A program made the translations under genes and the position numbers. Positions 55,256 to 64,000 of a stretch of 64,000 nucleotides of DNA are shown here, piece after piece. The notes beneath the pieces are model-generated. The model had not been told where the DNA came from. It searched no databases and was given only the letters and a program-made list of their open reading frames with translations. Numbering within the stretch: the first letter of the stretch is position 1; each line of letters opens with the position of its first letter. The stretch is from contig NZ_JAXMOR010000002.1 in assembly GCF_034669705.1 (NCBI RefSeq), positions 50,601-114,600 of the forward strand, written 5' to 3'. The stretch comes from Marinovum sp. (lineage in GTDB: Bacteria; Pseudomonadota; Alphaproteobacteria; Rhodobacterales; Rhodobacteraceae).

Positions 55256-56206
55256 ATGCAGACCAATATCCTGACCATCACCCTCAACCCGGCGGTCGAT
55301 TTCGCCACCTCGGCGCCGCGGGTCTATCCCGAGCACAAGCTGCGCTGCACCGATCCCTCGATCGACCCCGGCGGTGGCGGCATCAACGTCGCCCGCGCGG
55401 TGCAGATGCTGGGTGGCCATGCCACCGCGCTGATCGCCATCGGTGGCGCCACCGGCGCGCAGCTCCTGCAGCTGCTGGCGCTCGAGGGGGTGCCGACGGT
55501 GGCTTTTCAGGGGCCGGGCGAGACCCGGACCAGCTTTTCGGTCACCGACCAATCCGACAATCAGCAATACCGCTTCGTGCTGCCAGGCGACGCCTGGGGC
55601 GAGGAAGACGTCGCCCGGGGCCTGCGCAGCATCGATCAGGCGGCGGCGGACAATACGCTGGTGGTGCTCTCGGGCTCGCAGCCGCCCGGCGTGGCCAAGG
55701 AGTTTCCGTCGATCCTGGCGGCCCATATCAAGGGCCGCGGCGCGCAGATCATCGTCGACACGTCTGGTCCGGCGCTGTTTCAGCTGGCGCGCGAGCCGCA
55801 TGAGACCATCTTTGCCCTGCGCATGGATGGACCCGAAGCCGAAGAGCTGGCCGACCGCCCCCTGCCCACCCGCGAGGACAGCGCCGCCTTTGCCCAAAGC
55901 CTTGTCGAGCGCGGCGTGGCGAAAAACATCATCGTGGCGCGGGGCGCCGATGGCTCGGTTCTGTCGAACGCCGAGGGGTCTTGGCACGCGGTGGGGCCGA
56001 AGATCGAAGTGGTCAGCAAGGTCGGCGCCGGCGACAGCTTTGTCGGCGCCTTTGCCCTGGCGCTGGCGCGGGGCGAGCCGGTGGAGGACTGCCTCAAGGT
56101 GGGCGTGGTCGCCGCCGGCGCGGCCTGCATGACGCTGGGCACCCGGCTTTGCGAAAAGGCCACCGTCGACCGGCTGTTGCCGGACGCCACGCTCACCCGG
56201 CTGTGA
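55256..56206 (+). CDS. 1-phosphofructokinase-family (PfkB) sugar kinase
   Basis: TITLNPAVD, GGGGINVAR, SGS.PPG, DTSG, GAGDSFVG. Confidence 0.92.
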   Translation: MQTNILTITLNPAVDFATSAPRVYPEHKLRCTDPSIDPGGGGINVARAVQMLGGHATALIAIGGATGAQLLQLLALEGVPTVAFQGPGETRTSFSVTDQSDNQQYRFVLPGDAWGEEDVARGLRSIDQAAADNTLVVLSGSQPPGVAKEFPSILAAHIKGRGAQIIVDTSGPALFQLAREPHETIFALRMDGPEAEELADRPLPTREDSAAFAQSLVERGVAKNIIVARGADGSVLSNAEGSWHAVGPKIEVVSKVGAGDSFVGAFALALARGEPVEDCLKVGVVAAGAACMTLGTRLCEKATVDRLLPDATLTRL

Positions 56207-56589
56207 CCCCCGACGCCGAGGGCTTCGAACACCTGGCGGCAGAGGCGATCGACGCCCTGCCCGATCCGTTTGCCGCGGCCGCGCGGGCGGTCATCATCCA
56301 GGTTGTCGACTGGCCGTCTGACGAGATGCTCGAGGCGCTGGACATCGATCATCCGCTCGACCTCACCGGGCTTTACGAAGGCATCCCGCTGACCGAGAAG
56401 TCGAGCTTGGACCAGCCGCTGACACCGGACATGATCTGGCTGTTCCGCGAACCGATCCTCGCGGAGTGGCGTGACCGGGGCGATATCGACCTGGCTGATC
56501 TGGTCCGCCACGTGCTGGTGCACGAGCTTGCGCATCATTTCGGCTGGTCCGACGACGACATCGCCTTAGTTGACAGATGGTGGGAGTGA
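56203..56589 (+). CDS. Zinicin-like metallopeptidase (DUF1025-like)
   Basis: GTGA coupling to pfkB; GLYEG, FREPI, HELAHHFG (HExxH). Confidence 0.85.
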   Translation: MTPDAEGFEHLAAEAIDALPDPFAAAARAVIIQVVDWPSDEMLEALDIDHPLDLTGLYEGIPLTEKSSLDQPLTPDMIWLFREPILAEWRDRGDIDLADLVRHVLVHELAHHFGWSDDDIALVDRWWE

Positions 56590-56616
56590 GCGGCTCCCCT
56601 TGATGCGAGGTGAGAC

Positions 56617-57279
56617 ATGACGCGGTTCCTGGTGCTTTTGGCCTTTGTTCTTCAGCCGGTTCTGGCCGGCGCGCAGGAGCGGGTGCTGGTGATCGGCGAC
56701 TCGATCCTCTGGTGGAACCAGCTCAGCGGCAACTCGATCCCGCAGCTGCTTGGCACCCTGCCGCGCTATGATGTCACCAACCGTGCCGCACCGGGGGCGG
56801 CGTTTTCGCATTCCGGCAACTTCCGCTCGATGCTGCAACGCGAGATCCGACAGCAGCTGACCGGCGGGCCATGGGACATCATCATCCTCAACGGTGGCGC
56901 CAACGACCTGGCCCGCGAATGCGACTGCCGGCGCTGCGACCAGACCCTGAGCCGGATGGTCAGCCCGGACGGGCGCCAAGGCGAAGTGCCGGCCTTTCTT
57001 GATCTGCTGCGCAGCCGGGCGGCGCGGGTGGTCTGGATGGATTACTATCCCGGGTCGGTGCGCGGCGGGCCGTTTGCCGGCTGCACCGACGAGCTGGCAG
57101 ACTACCAGATCCGGATGAAGCGCGCGTCGGACCTGCGGCCCTGGGTGCGCTTCGTCGACGCGGGCGATGTCTATGACCCGCGCGATCTGTCGCTCTATTC
57201 CCGCGACCTGGTGCATCCGACGCCCAAGGGCGGCGCCCGCATCGCCAACCAGTTGGCCCGCGCCCTCGCCGGGCGATGA
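56617..57279 (+). CDS. SGNH/GDSL hydrolase, exported
   Basis: Signal peptide, GDS, G, GAND, D.VHP blocks. Confidence 0.88.
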   Translation: MTRFLVLLAFVLQPVLAGAQERVLVIGDSILWWNQLSGNSIPQLLGTLPRYDVTNRAAPGAAFSHSGNFRSMLQREIRQQLTGGPWDIIILNGGANDLARECDCRRCDQTLSRMVSPDGRQGEVPAFLDLLRSRAARVVWMDYYPGSVRGGPFAGCTDELADYQIRMKRASDLRPWVRFVDAGDVYDPRDLSLYSRDLVHPTPKGGARIANQLARALAGR

Positions 57280-57319
57280 TCCGCGATGACAGGCCGCAAG
57301 GGCTGGAAAAGCGGCCGCG

Positions 57320-58978
57320 TCAGGAGGGGTCGCGCCAGCCGTTGATGATCGGGTAGCGGCGGTCGAGCCAGAAGGCGTGCTTGCTCAACCGCGTGCCCGG
57401 CGCCGACTGGTGGCGCTTGTACTCGCTGATGTAGAGCAGGTGCTCGACCTTCTTCACCGTCGCCCGGTCAAAGCCCGCCGCCACGCAATCCTCGACCGAG
57501 CCGTCGTCGTCGACGAGGATCGTCAGGATGGCATCGAGCTCGGGGTAGTCGGGCAGCGAATCGCTGTCCTTCTGATCGTCGCGCAGCTCGGCCGAGGGCG
57601 GTTTTTCGATGATCGACACCGGGATCACCGCGCCCTCGGGCCCCTGCATCCAGTCGCGGTGGTTGGCGTTGCGCCAGCGGCACTGCTCGAAGACGCGGGT
57701 CTTGTACAGATCCTTGATCGGGTTGTAGCCGCCGGCCATGTCGCCATAGATCGTGGCATAGCCCACCGCCACCTCGGATTTGTTGCCGGTGGTCAGCAGC
57801 ATCTCGCCGAACTTGTTAGAGATCGCCATCAGCAGCAGCCCGCGCAGCCGCGACTGGATGTTTTCCTCGGTCAGCCCCGGCTCGGTGCCCTCGAACAGCG
57901 GCGCCAGCGTGTTGGTGATCGCCGCCCGCCCCTCGGAAATCGGCACGTAGTCGTAGCGGCAGCCGAGCCGCTCGGCCAGCTCCCTGGCGTCGTCGAGCGA
58001 ACCCTGAGAGGTGTATTCCGACGGCAGCATCACGCAGCGCACGTTTTCGGGCCCCAGCGCATCCGCCGCGATCACCGCCACCAGCGCCGAGTCGACGCCC
58101 CCCGAGAGGCCCAGCAGCACCTTGGAAAAGCCGGTCTTGCGCAGGTAGTCGCGCACCGCCAGCACCATGCAGTTGTAATCCTGCTCCCAGTCGCCGGGAT
58201 GCTGCACCACCTCGCCGGGCCGGATGCGCCAGCCCTCGGCGGTGCGGTCAAGGTCGACATGCGCCAGCCCGGCCTCGAACACCGGCATCTGGAAGGCGAT
58301 CTCGCCATGCGGGTTGATGCCGAAGGTGCCGCCGTCGAACACCTGGTCATCCTGTCCGCCGACGCAGTTGAGATAGATCAGCGGCAGCCCGGTCTCGACC
58401 ACCCGGCCGACCATGTGGCTCAGCCGGACGTCGAACTTGCCGCGGTAATAGGGCGAGCCGTTGGGCACCAGCAGGAACTCGGCGCCGGTCTCGGCATGGG
58501 TTTCGGCCACATCGGGAAACCAGGCATCCTCGCAGATCGGGCTGCCGATGCGGAGCGGGCCAAGGCCGTAGGGCCCCTGCATCGGGCCGCTGTCAAAGAT
58601 GCGCTTTTCGTCGAATACCGTCTCGTTGGGCAAGTGATGCTTGAGCTGGGTGGCGACGATCTCGCCGCCCTTGCAGATCAGGTAGGCGTTGTAGAGCTCG
58701 GCCCCCTCGACCCAGGGGCAGCCCATGGCGATCGCCGGACCCTCGGCACAGTCGCGCGCCAGCGCCCGCACCGCCTCGATCGCGGTGGTGTGAAAGGCCG
58801 GCTTCATCACCAGGTCCTGGGCGTTGTAGCCGGCGATGAACATCTCGGGAAAGGCCACCAGATCGGCGCCGGCCGCCCTGCCCGCCTCCCAGGCCTCGCG
58901 TGCCAGAGCCGCGTTGCCGGCGATATCGCCCACCATCGGGTTGAGCTGCGCCAGCGTGATGCGGAATGTGTCGGCCAT
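57320..58978 (-). CDS. nadE: Glutamine-dependent NAD+ synthase
   Basis: Nitrilase domain (FPE, K, ICEDAW) plus synthase SGGVDSA, ENIQSR, TTGNKSE, PSAEL, DSD. Confidence 0.96.
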   Translation of the reverse strand: MADTFRITLAQLNPMVGDIAGNAALAREAWEAGRAAGADLVAFPEMFIAGYNAQDLVMKPAFHTTAIEAVRALARDCAEGPAIAMGCPWVEGAELYNAYLICKGGEIVATQLKHHLPNETVFDEKRIFDSGPMQGPYGLGPLRIGSPICEDAWFPDVAETHAETGAEFLLVPNGSPYYRGKFDVRLSHMVGRVVETGLPLIYLNCVGGQDDQVFDGGTFGINPHGEIAFQMPVFEAGLAHVDLDRTAEGWRIRPGEVVQHPGDWEQDYNCMVLAVRDYLRKTGFSKVLLGLSGGVDSALVAVIAADALGPENVRCVMLPSEYTSQGSLDDARELAERLGCRYDYVPISEGRAAITNTLAPLFEGTEPGLTEENIQSRLRGLLLMAISNKFGEMLLTTGNKSEVAVGYATIYGDMAGGYNPIKDLYKTRVFEQCRWRNANHRDWMQGPEGAVIPVSIIEKPPSAELRDDQKDSDSLPDYPELDAILTILVDDDGSVEDCVAAGFDRATVKKVEHLLYISEYKRHQSAPGTRLSKHAFWLDRRYPIINGWRDPS

Positions 58979-59271
58979 GTCCTGCCCTTTCGGTAACCCG
59001 CCCTTCCCTTACCCGGACCGACCGGCAGGGAAAAGACCCGCCGCCGCCGGCTGTCGCAAAACCGCGGCGTCCGGAGGGTGTCCTGCCTGCGCGCCGGGCA
59101 GTCCCCTGACAGGCGCGCCCCGGGACCGGCGCGCGGCAGAAACCCGCCGTCCCCGGCTCGAAAGGTGAAGAAACCCGTCAGATCAATCGCCTGCGGTCAA
59201 AAGGCATTGTCTGCACTGGCCCGCTCCTTTACCTTCCTCGAAAAGCACAATCCGGGGGCAAGTTGGGGCAC

Positions 59272-60729
59272 ATGAAGCAAACCATCCGCATCGCAGGCGT
59301 GACGCTGGCACTGCTCGTCGCCTATCCGGCCCTGTCGCAGGATGGCGATGTGCTGACCAAGCAATATGACGATGGCGGGGTCTACGAGGGCACCTTTCAG
59401 GACGGGCTTCAGCATGGCGAGGGCAGCTACCGGCTGCCCAACGGCTATGAGTACCGCGGCCAGTGGGTCGCCGGCGAGATCAAGGGCCGCGGCGTGGCGC
59501 GCTTTCCCAACGGCTCGATCTACGAGGGCGAGTTCGCCAAGGGCAAGCCGCATGGCATCGGCAAGATCACCTTTACCGACGGCGGCACCTACGAGGGCAC
59601 CTGGGCCGATGGCGAGATCACCGGTCAGGGGGTGGCGATCTACGCCAATGGCGTGCGCTACGAGGGCAGTTTCCGCAACGCCATGCACCACGGCCGCGGC
59701 ATCATGACCAGCCCCGGCGGCTATGTCTATGACGGCGACTGGGTCAATGGGGTCAAGGAGGGCAATGCCACGATCTCCTATCCCGATGGCTCCACCTACG
59801 AGGGCCGGGTCTCGGACGGGCTGCGCGACGGCCAGGGCAAGCTGGTGATGATCGACGGTCTGATCTACGAGGGGCTCTGGCGCGCCGGCCAGATCTCCGG
59901 CAGCGGCAAGCTGATCCAGCCCAACGGCGATGTCTACGAGGGCGAGCTGGTCGAGGGCCGCCGCGCGGGCCAGGGCCGGGTGACCTATGCCAATGGCGAC
60001 GTCTACGAGGGCCAGTTCCGCGAGGACCAGCGCAACGGCAAGGGCGTCTTCACCGGCGAGGACGGCTATCGCTACGAGGGCGACTGGCAGGACGGCAAGA
60101 TCCAGGGGGTCGGCACCGTCACCTATCCCGACGGCTCGATCTACGTCGGCGAGTTCCGCAACGATCTGGCGCATGGCATCGGCAATATCACCTATCCCGA
60201 CGGCTCGACCTACGAGGGCCAGTGGGTCGACGGGGTGATCGAGGGCGAGGGAAAGGCCACCTATCCCAACGGTCTGGTCTACGAGGGCGGCTTCAGGAAC
60301 GCCCGCAACCACGGCTTCGGCGTGATGACCTATGCCGACGGCTACCGCTACGAGGGCGAGTGGGAACGCGGCCGCCGCCACGGCAAGGGCACCGCCACCT
60401 ATCCCGACGGCACGGTCTATATCGGCCAGTTCAGCGACGGCCAGCGCCACGGCGAGGGCGAGATCTCGATGCCCGACGGGTTCAAGTACATCGGCGACTG
60501 GCAGAACGGCGAGATCTCGGGCCAGGGCGTGGCGACCTATGCCAATGGCGATGTCTACGAGGGCACTTTCGTCGCCGGCAAGCGCCAAGGCGAGGGCACC
60601 ATGCGCTATGCCGCCGGCCAGGAGGCCTCTGGCGAGTGGAAGAACGGCGCGCTGGTGCAGGCCGACGAGCCCGAGACGCCAGCCGAGGAGAGCGCCGAGG
60701 ATGAAGAGGCGCCGGCCCCGGCGGAGTGA
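59272..60729 (+). CDS. Exported MORN-repeat protein
   Basis: Signal peptide, 18 full and 1 partial 23-aa YxGx(F/W)xxGxxxGxG repeats, acidic tail. Confidence 0.92.
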   Translation: MKQTIRIAGVTLALLVAYPALSQDGDVLTKQYDDGGVYEGTFQDGLQHGEGSYRLPNGYEYRGQWVAGEIKGRGVARFPNGSIYEGEFAKGKPHGIGKITFTDGGTYEGTWADGEITGQGVAIYANGVRYEGSFRNAMHHGRGIMTSPGGYVYDGDWVNGVKEGNATISYPDGSTYEGRVSDGLRDGQGKLVMIDGLIYEGLWRAGQISGSGKLIQPNGDVYEGELVEGRRAGQGRVTYANGDVYEGQFREDQRNGKGVFTGEDGYRYEGDWQDGKIQGVGTVTYPDGSIYVGEFRNDLAHGIGNITYPDGSTYEGQWVDGVIEGEGKATYPNGLVYEGGFRNARNHGFGVMTYADGYRYEGEWERGRRHGKGTATYPDGTVYIGQFSDGQRHGEGEISMPDGFKYIGDWQNGEISGQGVATYANGDVYEGTFVAGKRQGEGTMRYAAGQEASGEWKNGALVQADEPETPAEESAEDEEAPAPAE

Positions 60730-60771
60730 GCGGGGTGTTCGGGGGTCGGGCGGCCACCCACTGCGCCCCCA

Positions 60772-61230
60772 CGTCCCGGACCTGATCCGGGACCTCCTCG
60801 TCAGCCAAGAGGCCCCGGATCAAGTCCGGGGCGCGCGGAAGGGGGCGCGCTGAATACTTGATCTCTGCGCGGGCCATATTCGCTCAACGCGGCAGGCGCG
60901 CAACTGACCGCCTCACAGTCTGCCGCACTGCTGTATCGCGACCACCGCCGCGCCAAGCCAGCCCCACGCGAGCCCGCGTCCCGGACCTGATCCGGGACCT
61001 CACCGTCAGCCAAGAGGCCCCGGATCAAGTCTAGGTCGCGCGGAAGGCGGCGCGATGAATACCTGATCTCTGCGCGGGCCATATTCGCTCAACGCGGCAG
61101 GCGCGCAACTGACCGCCTCACAGTCTGCCGCACTGCTGTATCGCGACCACCGCCGCGCGATGTCAGCCCCACACGAGCCCGCGTCCCGGACCTGATCCGG
61201 GACCTCTACGTCAGCCAAGAGACCCCACGC
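60772..61230. repeat. 205-bp tandem array (2 full units + partial) built on family A REP pairs
   Basis: CGTCCCGGACCTGATCCGGGACCTC at 60772, 60977 and 61182. Confidence 0.92.
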
Positions 61231-61264
61231 CACCTGGGGCGCACGCGCGCCTGCCCGGCCCGTG

Positions 61265-62791
61265 TCACACCACCTCGCCGGCGCTCATCCGCTCCAGAAA
61301 CGCCTCCGCCTCCTCCAGAATTTGCGCCCGTTTGCCCGCGTCAATCCGGTCCCAGGTGCGGTACATGTTGCCCATCCGGCCATTTCCCTCCAGCCGGTCG
61401 CGCTGACGATCGAGGAAATGCCAGTAGAGCAGGTTGAACGGGCAGGCGCCCTCGCCCAGCTTGGTCTTCACGTCATAGGCGCAAGAGCCGCAATAATCCG
61501 ACATCCGGTCGATGTAAGCCCCTGACGAGACATAGGGTTTCGAAGCAAACAGCCCGCCGTCGGCAAACTGGCTCATGCCCACCACATTGGGCGCCTCGAC
61601 CCACTCATAGGCATCGGCGTAGACCGCGAGATACCATTCGTGCACCTCGGCCGGGTCGATCCCCGCCAGCAGCGCGAAATTGCCGGTCACCATCAGCCGC
61701 TGAATGTGATGCGCATAGGCCTCCTCGCGGGTCTGCTCCACGGTCTTGGCCAGACAGGTCATTCGCGTCTCGCCGCCCCAGTAGAGCCAGGGCAGTTTCC
61801 GCTGCTGGTTCAGCTTGTTGTTGCGCGGATAGTCCGGCCCTTCAAGGAAATAGACCCCACGCACGAACTCGCGCCAGCCGATGACCTGGCGGATGAACCC
61901 TTCGACCGCGTTCAGCGGCGCATCGCCGGCGCGATAGGCCTCTTCCGCCGCCGCGCAGACCTCGCGCAGGTCCAGAAGCCCGATGTTCAGGTACGGCGAG
62001 ATCAGCGCGTGATAGAGAAACCGGTCGTCGTTCAGCATTGCATCCTGGTAATCGCCGAACTTCGGCAGCGCGTGCTTGATGAAATGCGCCAAGGCCCGGC
62101 GCGCCTGCCCGCGGTCGGTGGCAAGGGTGAACGGCCTGAGGCTGCCGAAGTTGTCGCTGAAGCGTGCCTCGACAAGGTCGAGCACCGCCTCGACCGTCGC
62201 ATCCGGGGTGAAGGCCATCGGCCCACCAAAACCCACCTCGCCCGGCGGCGGCTTGCGGTTCTCCTTGTCGTAGTTCCATTGCCCGCCCTCAGGCTTGTCA
62301 CCATCCATCAGATAGCCGGTCTTGCGCCGCATCTCGCGGTAGAAATACTCCATCCGCAGGCTCTTGCGGCCCTCGGCCCAGCTCTCGAACGCCTTGTGCG
62401 AGGCCAGAAAGCGGTCGTCCTCGAGCAGGCTGACCGGGATCGGCGCCTCCTGCAGGGCGGTGATCAGCCGCCATTCGCCGGGCTCGGTGGCCAGCACCTC
62501 GCTGGCGCCGGTCTCCTCGGACCGGCGCAGAAGTTCGCCGACGATCGAGCCGGCGTTCTCGCTGTCATCCAACTCGCTGTAGCGCACCTGCCAGCCGTCA
62601 TCGCGCAGGCGGGCGGCGAACTTGCGCATCGCCGCCAGCACCAGCGCGATCTTCTTGGGGTGATGCGGCACATAGCCGGTCTCGTCAGTGACCTCGGCCA
62701 TCACCACGATGTCGCGGTCCTTGTCCGCCACCTTCAGCGCGGCGATTTCCGGGCTCAGCTGGTCGCCCAGAACCAGCACCAGCCGGCTCAC
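61265..62791 (-). CDS. Fe-S cluster cryptochrome/(6-4) photolyase (PhrB/CryB class)
   Basis: LVLGDQL, MEYFYR.MR, YQDAM, TRMTC, YAHHIQRLM, SDYCGSC, ACPF (four Cys). Confidence 0.92.
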   Translation of the reverse strand: MSRLVLVLGDQLSPEIAALKVADKDRDIVVMAEVTDETGYVPHHPKKIALVLAAMRKFAARLRDDGWQVRYSELDDSENAGSIVGELLRRSEETGASEVLATEPGEWRLITALQEAPIPVSLLEDDRFLASHKAFESWAEGRKSLRMEYFYREMRRKTGYLMDGDKPEGGQWNYDKENRKPPPGEVGFGGPMAFTPDATVEAVLDLVEARFSDNFGSLRPFTLATDRGQARRALAHFIKHALPKFGDYQDAMLNDDRFLYHALISPYLNIGLLDLREVCAAAEEAYRAGDAPLNAVEGFIRQVIGWREFVRGVYFLEGPDYPRNNKLNQQRKLPWLYWGGETRMTCLAKTVEQTREEAYAHHIQRLMVTGNFALLAGIDPAEVHEWYLAVYADAYEWVEAPNVVGMSQFADGGLFASKPYVSSGAYIDRMSDYCGSCAYDVKTKLGEGACPFNLLYWHFLDRQRDRLEGNGRMGNMYRTWDRIDAGKRAQILEEAEAFLERMSAGEVV

Positions 62792-63471
62792 CAGATCACC
62801 GCCTTGCCGGCCCAGTCGTAAAACCCGCCGGTCTGCTCCGAACCAAGACCGTCGATCACCGCGAGCAGGTTCTCCGCCGCCTCGTCCGGGAGCACCGCGG
62901 GATGCCGGCCGAGGTACTTTTCGGTGAAGGCCGTGGCCACGGTGCCGGGGTGCAGCGCCACGCAGAGCGCCTGCCGGTGGCTGCGTGCCAATTCGATGGC
63001 GAAGCTGTGCACCATCTGGTTCACCGCCGCCTTGGCGACCCGGTAGGCATACCAGCCGCCCAGCCGGTTGTCGCCAATCGAACCGACCCGCGCCGAGAGC
63101 ACCGCGATCACCGCCCGCCGGTCCCTGGGCAGCAGGGGAACCGCGTGTTTCAGCACCATCGCCGGGCCGATGGCATTGAGCGCGAATTGCGCCGCCATCG
63201 CCCCGGGCGTCAGGTCGCGGATGGTCTTTTCCGGCGCGGCACCGTCGATCTCCAGCGCGCCGGTGGCGACGAGGATCAGATCAAACGGCCCCGCCAGCGC
63301 GCCCAGTTGCCGCCCCACCGCGGCCTCATCGGTCACGTCGAGCCCATCTGCGGAGCGCGACAGCCCGGTCACCTCCACGCCGCGCGCCCCGAGCGCCGCC
63401 ACCACCGCGCCGCCGATCCCGCCGGAGGCGCCGATCACCAGCGCCCGCTTGATGTCATGTTGTCTGTCCAT
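62788..63471 (-). CDS. Short-chain dehydrogenase, C-factor/CsgA-like
   Basis: GASGGIG, SARVGSI.DN, YRVAK (YxxxK), HPGTV.T; coupled to the photolyase (GTGA). Confidence 0.88.
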   Translation of the reverse strand: MDRQHDIKRALVIGASGGIGGAVVAALGARGVEVTGLSRSADGLDVTDEAAVGRQLGALAGPFDLILVATGALEIDGAAPEKTIRDLTPGAMAAQFALNAIGPAMVLKHAVPLLPRDRRAVIAVLSARVGSIGDNRLGGWYAYRVAKAAVNQMVHSFAIELARSHRQALCVALHPGTVATAFTEKYLGRHPAVLPDEAAENLLAVIDGLGSEQTGGFYDWAGKAVIW

Positions 63472-63553
63472 TCCGGCCAAAATAGCGCGTCCGCGCCGCA
63501 AATCCCGGCAAAAAGGCACTTTTCATTCGGGACCACCGGCGTATAGTCGCCCC

Positions 63554-63640
63554 ATGTTGACCAAAGGCCATATCCCGACCCTGTCCCGCGCCCCCCGCGC
63601 GGCGCTGTCGCTCGGCCTGCTTCTCCTAGCCCGCCTCTGA
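63554..63640 (+). CDS. Leu-rich leader peptide of leuA (28 aa)
   Basis: [28 protein letters not shown], 9 Leu including CTG CTT CTC CTA; TATAGT -10 at 63542-63547. Confidence 0.8.
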   Translation: MLTKGHIPTLSRAPRAALSLGLLLLARL

Positions 63641-63669
63641 GCGTGCCGTCAGGCGCGACCGCTCAGAGG
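63634..63669 (+). promoter_or_regulatory. Attenuator helix of the leuA leader
   Basis: CCTCTGAGCG (63634-63643) pairs perfectly with CGCTCAGAGG (63660-63669) and covers the leader stop. Confidence 0.65.
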
Positions 63670-63719
63670 AGGCCCGTTCGCGCCCGAACCCCGGAGAATA
63701 TCTTTCAAGAGACAAGAGC

Positions 63720-64000
63720 ATGACACAAGACGACAAGAACCGCGTGTTGATCTTTGACACGACCCTTCGCGATGGCGAGCAGAGCCCCGGCGCGACAATG
63801 ACCCATTCGGAAAAGCTCGAAATTGCCGAGCTGCTTGACGACATGGGGGTCGACATCATCGAGGCCGGCTTCCCCATTGCCTCGGAAGGCGATTTCGCCG
63901 CCGTCTCGGAGATCGCCCAACGCTCGAAATCGGCGGTGATCTGCGGCCTCGCCCGCGCGCAACTTCCCGACATCGACCGCTGCTTCGAGGCGGTCAAAAA
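63720..64000 (+). CDS. leuA: 2-isopropylmalate synthase, 5' part (runs off the window)
   Basis: [24 protein letters not shown]...IIEAGFP...ICGLAR read directly from the sequence. Confidence 0.93.
   Translation, partial: MTQDDKNRVLIFDTTLRDGEQSPGATMTHSEKLEIAELLDDMGVDIIEAGFPIASEGDFAAVSEIAQRSKSAVICGLARAQLPDIDRCFEAVK

Noticed and set aside
59272-60729. Calling the MORN protein an isopropylmalate synthase because it lies near leuA
   Set aside because: It has no DRE-TIM motif; the real leuA starts at 63720.
60772-61230. Possible CRISPR array (also 8827-9067 and 30500-30780)
   Set aside because: Spacers are copies of each other, periods of 110-205 bp are too long, and there are no cas genes.
60482-61233. 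Near-identical short minus-strand ORFs (MARAEI...)
   Set aside because: They are by-products of the 205-bp repeat; frames shift between units and there is no convincing RBS.

Overview
A 64 kb high-GC window of mostly core chromosome. Gene content and synteny point to a Rhodobacteraceae/Roseobacter-type alphaproteobacterium (inference). It holds the propionyl-CoA assimilation cluster (pccB, small genes, pccA, methylmalonyl-CoA mutase) with PccR-type operators, a secreted SNase nuclease, a LexA-boxed solitary imuA and a minus-strand catabolic/hydrolase run. It also holds two orphan HWE kinases, slyD, an archaic (Csu/spore-coat-U) chaperone-usher pilus operon, metG, trpB, atpHAGDC, gloB, clpA, lgt-NDUFAF7-pgeF, a BCCT transporter, ybjN-proC-csaA, gltX, nadE, a MORN protein, an Fe-S photolyase and the start of leuA. 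I found no tRNA, rRNA, CRISPR array, transposase or integrase. The strongest candidate for an undescribed system is the pilus operon: its chaperone is a single PapD-N domain with no room for domain 2 and an extra Cys pair, and the major pilin has a C-terminal extension. Other notable signals are two families of intergenic palindromic repeats forming 110-, 114- and 205-bp tandem arrays, a GNAT gene set antisense inside a co-directional gene run, a CtrA-type box over the nuclease start codon, probable leaderless transcripts (imuA, Leu-rich leuA leader peptide), a long structured BCCT leader, and small ORFs missed by the track. Family calls come from motif recognition only; no searches were run.
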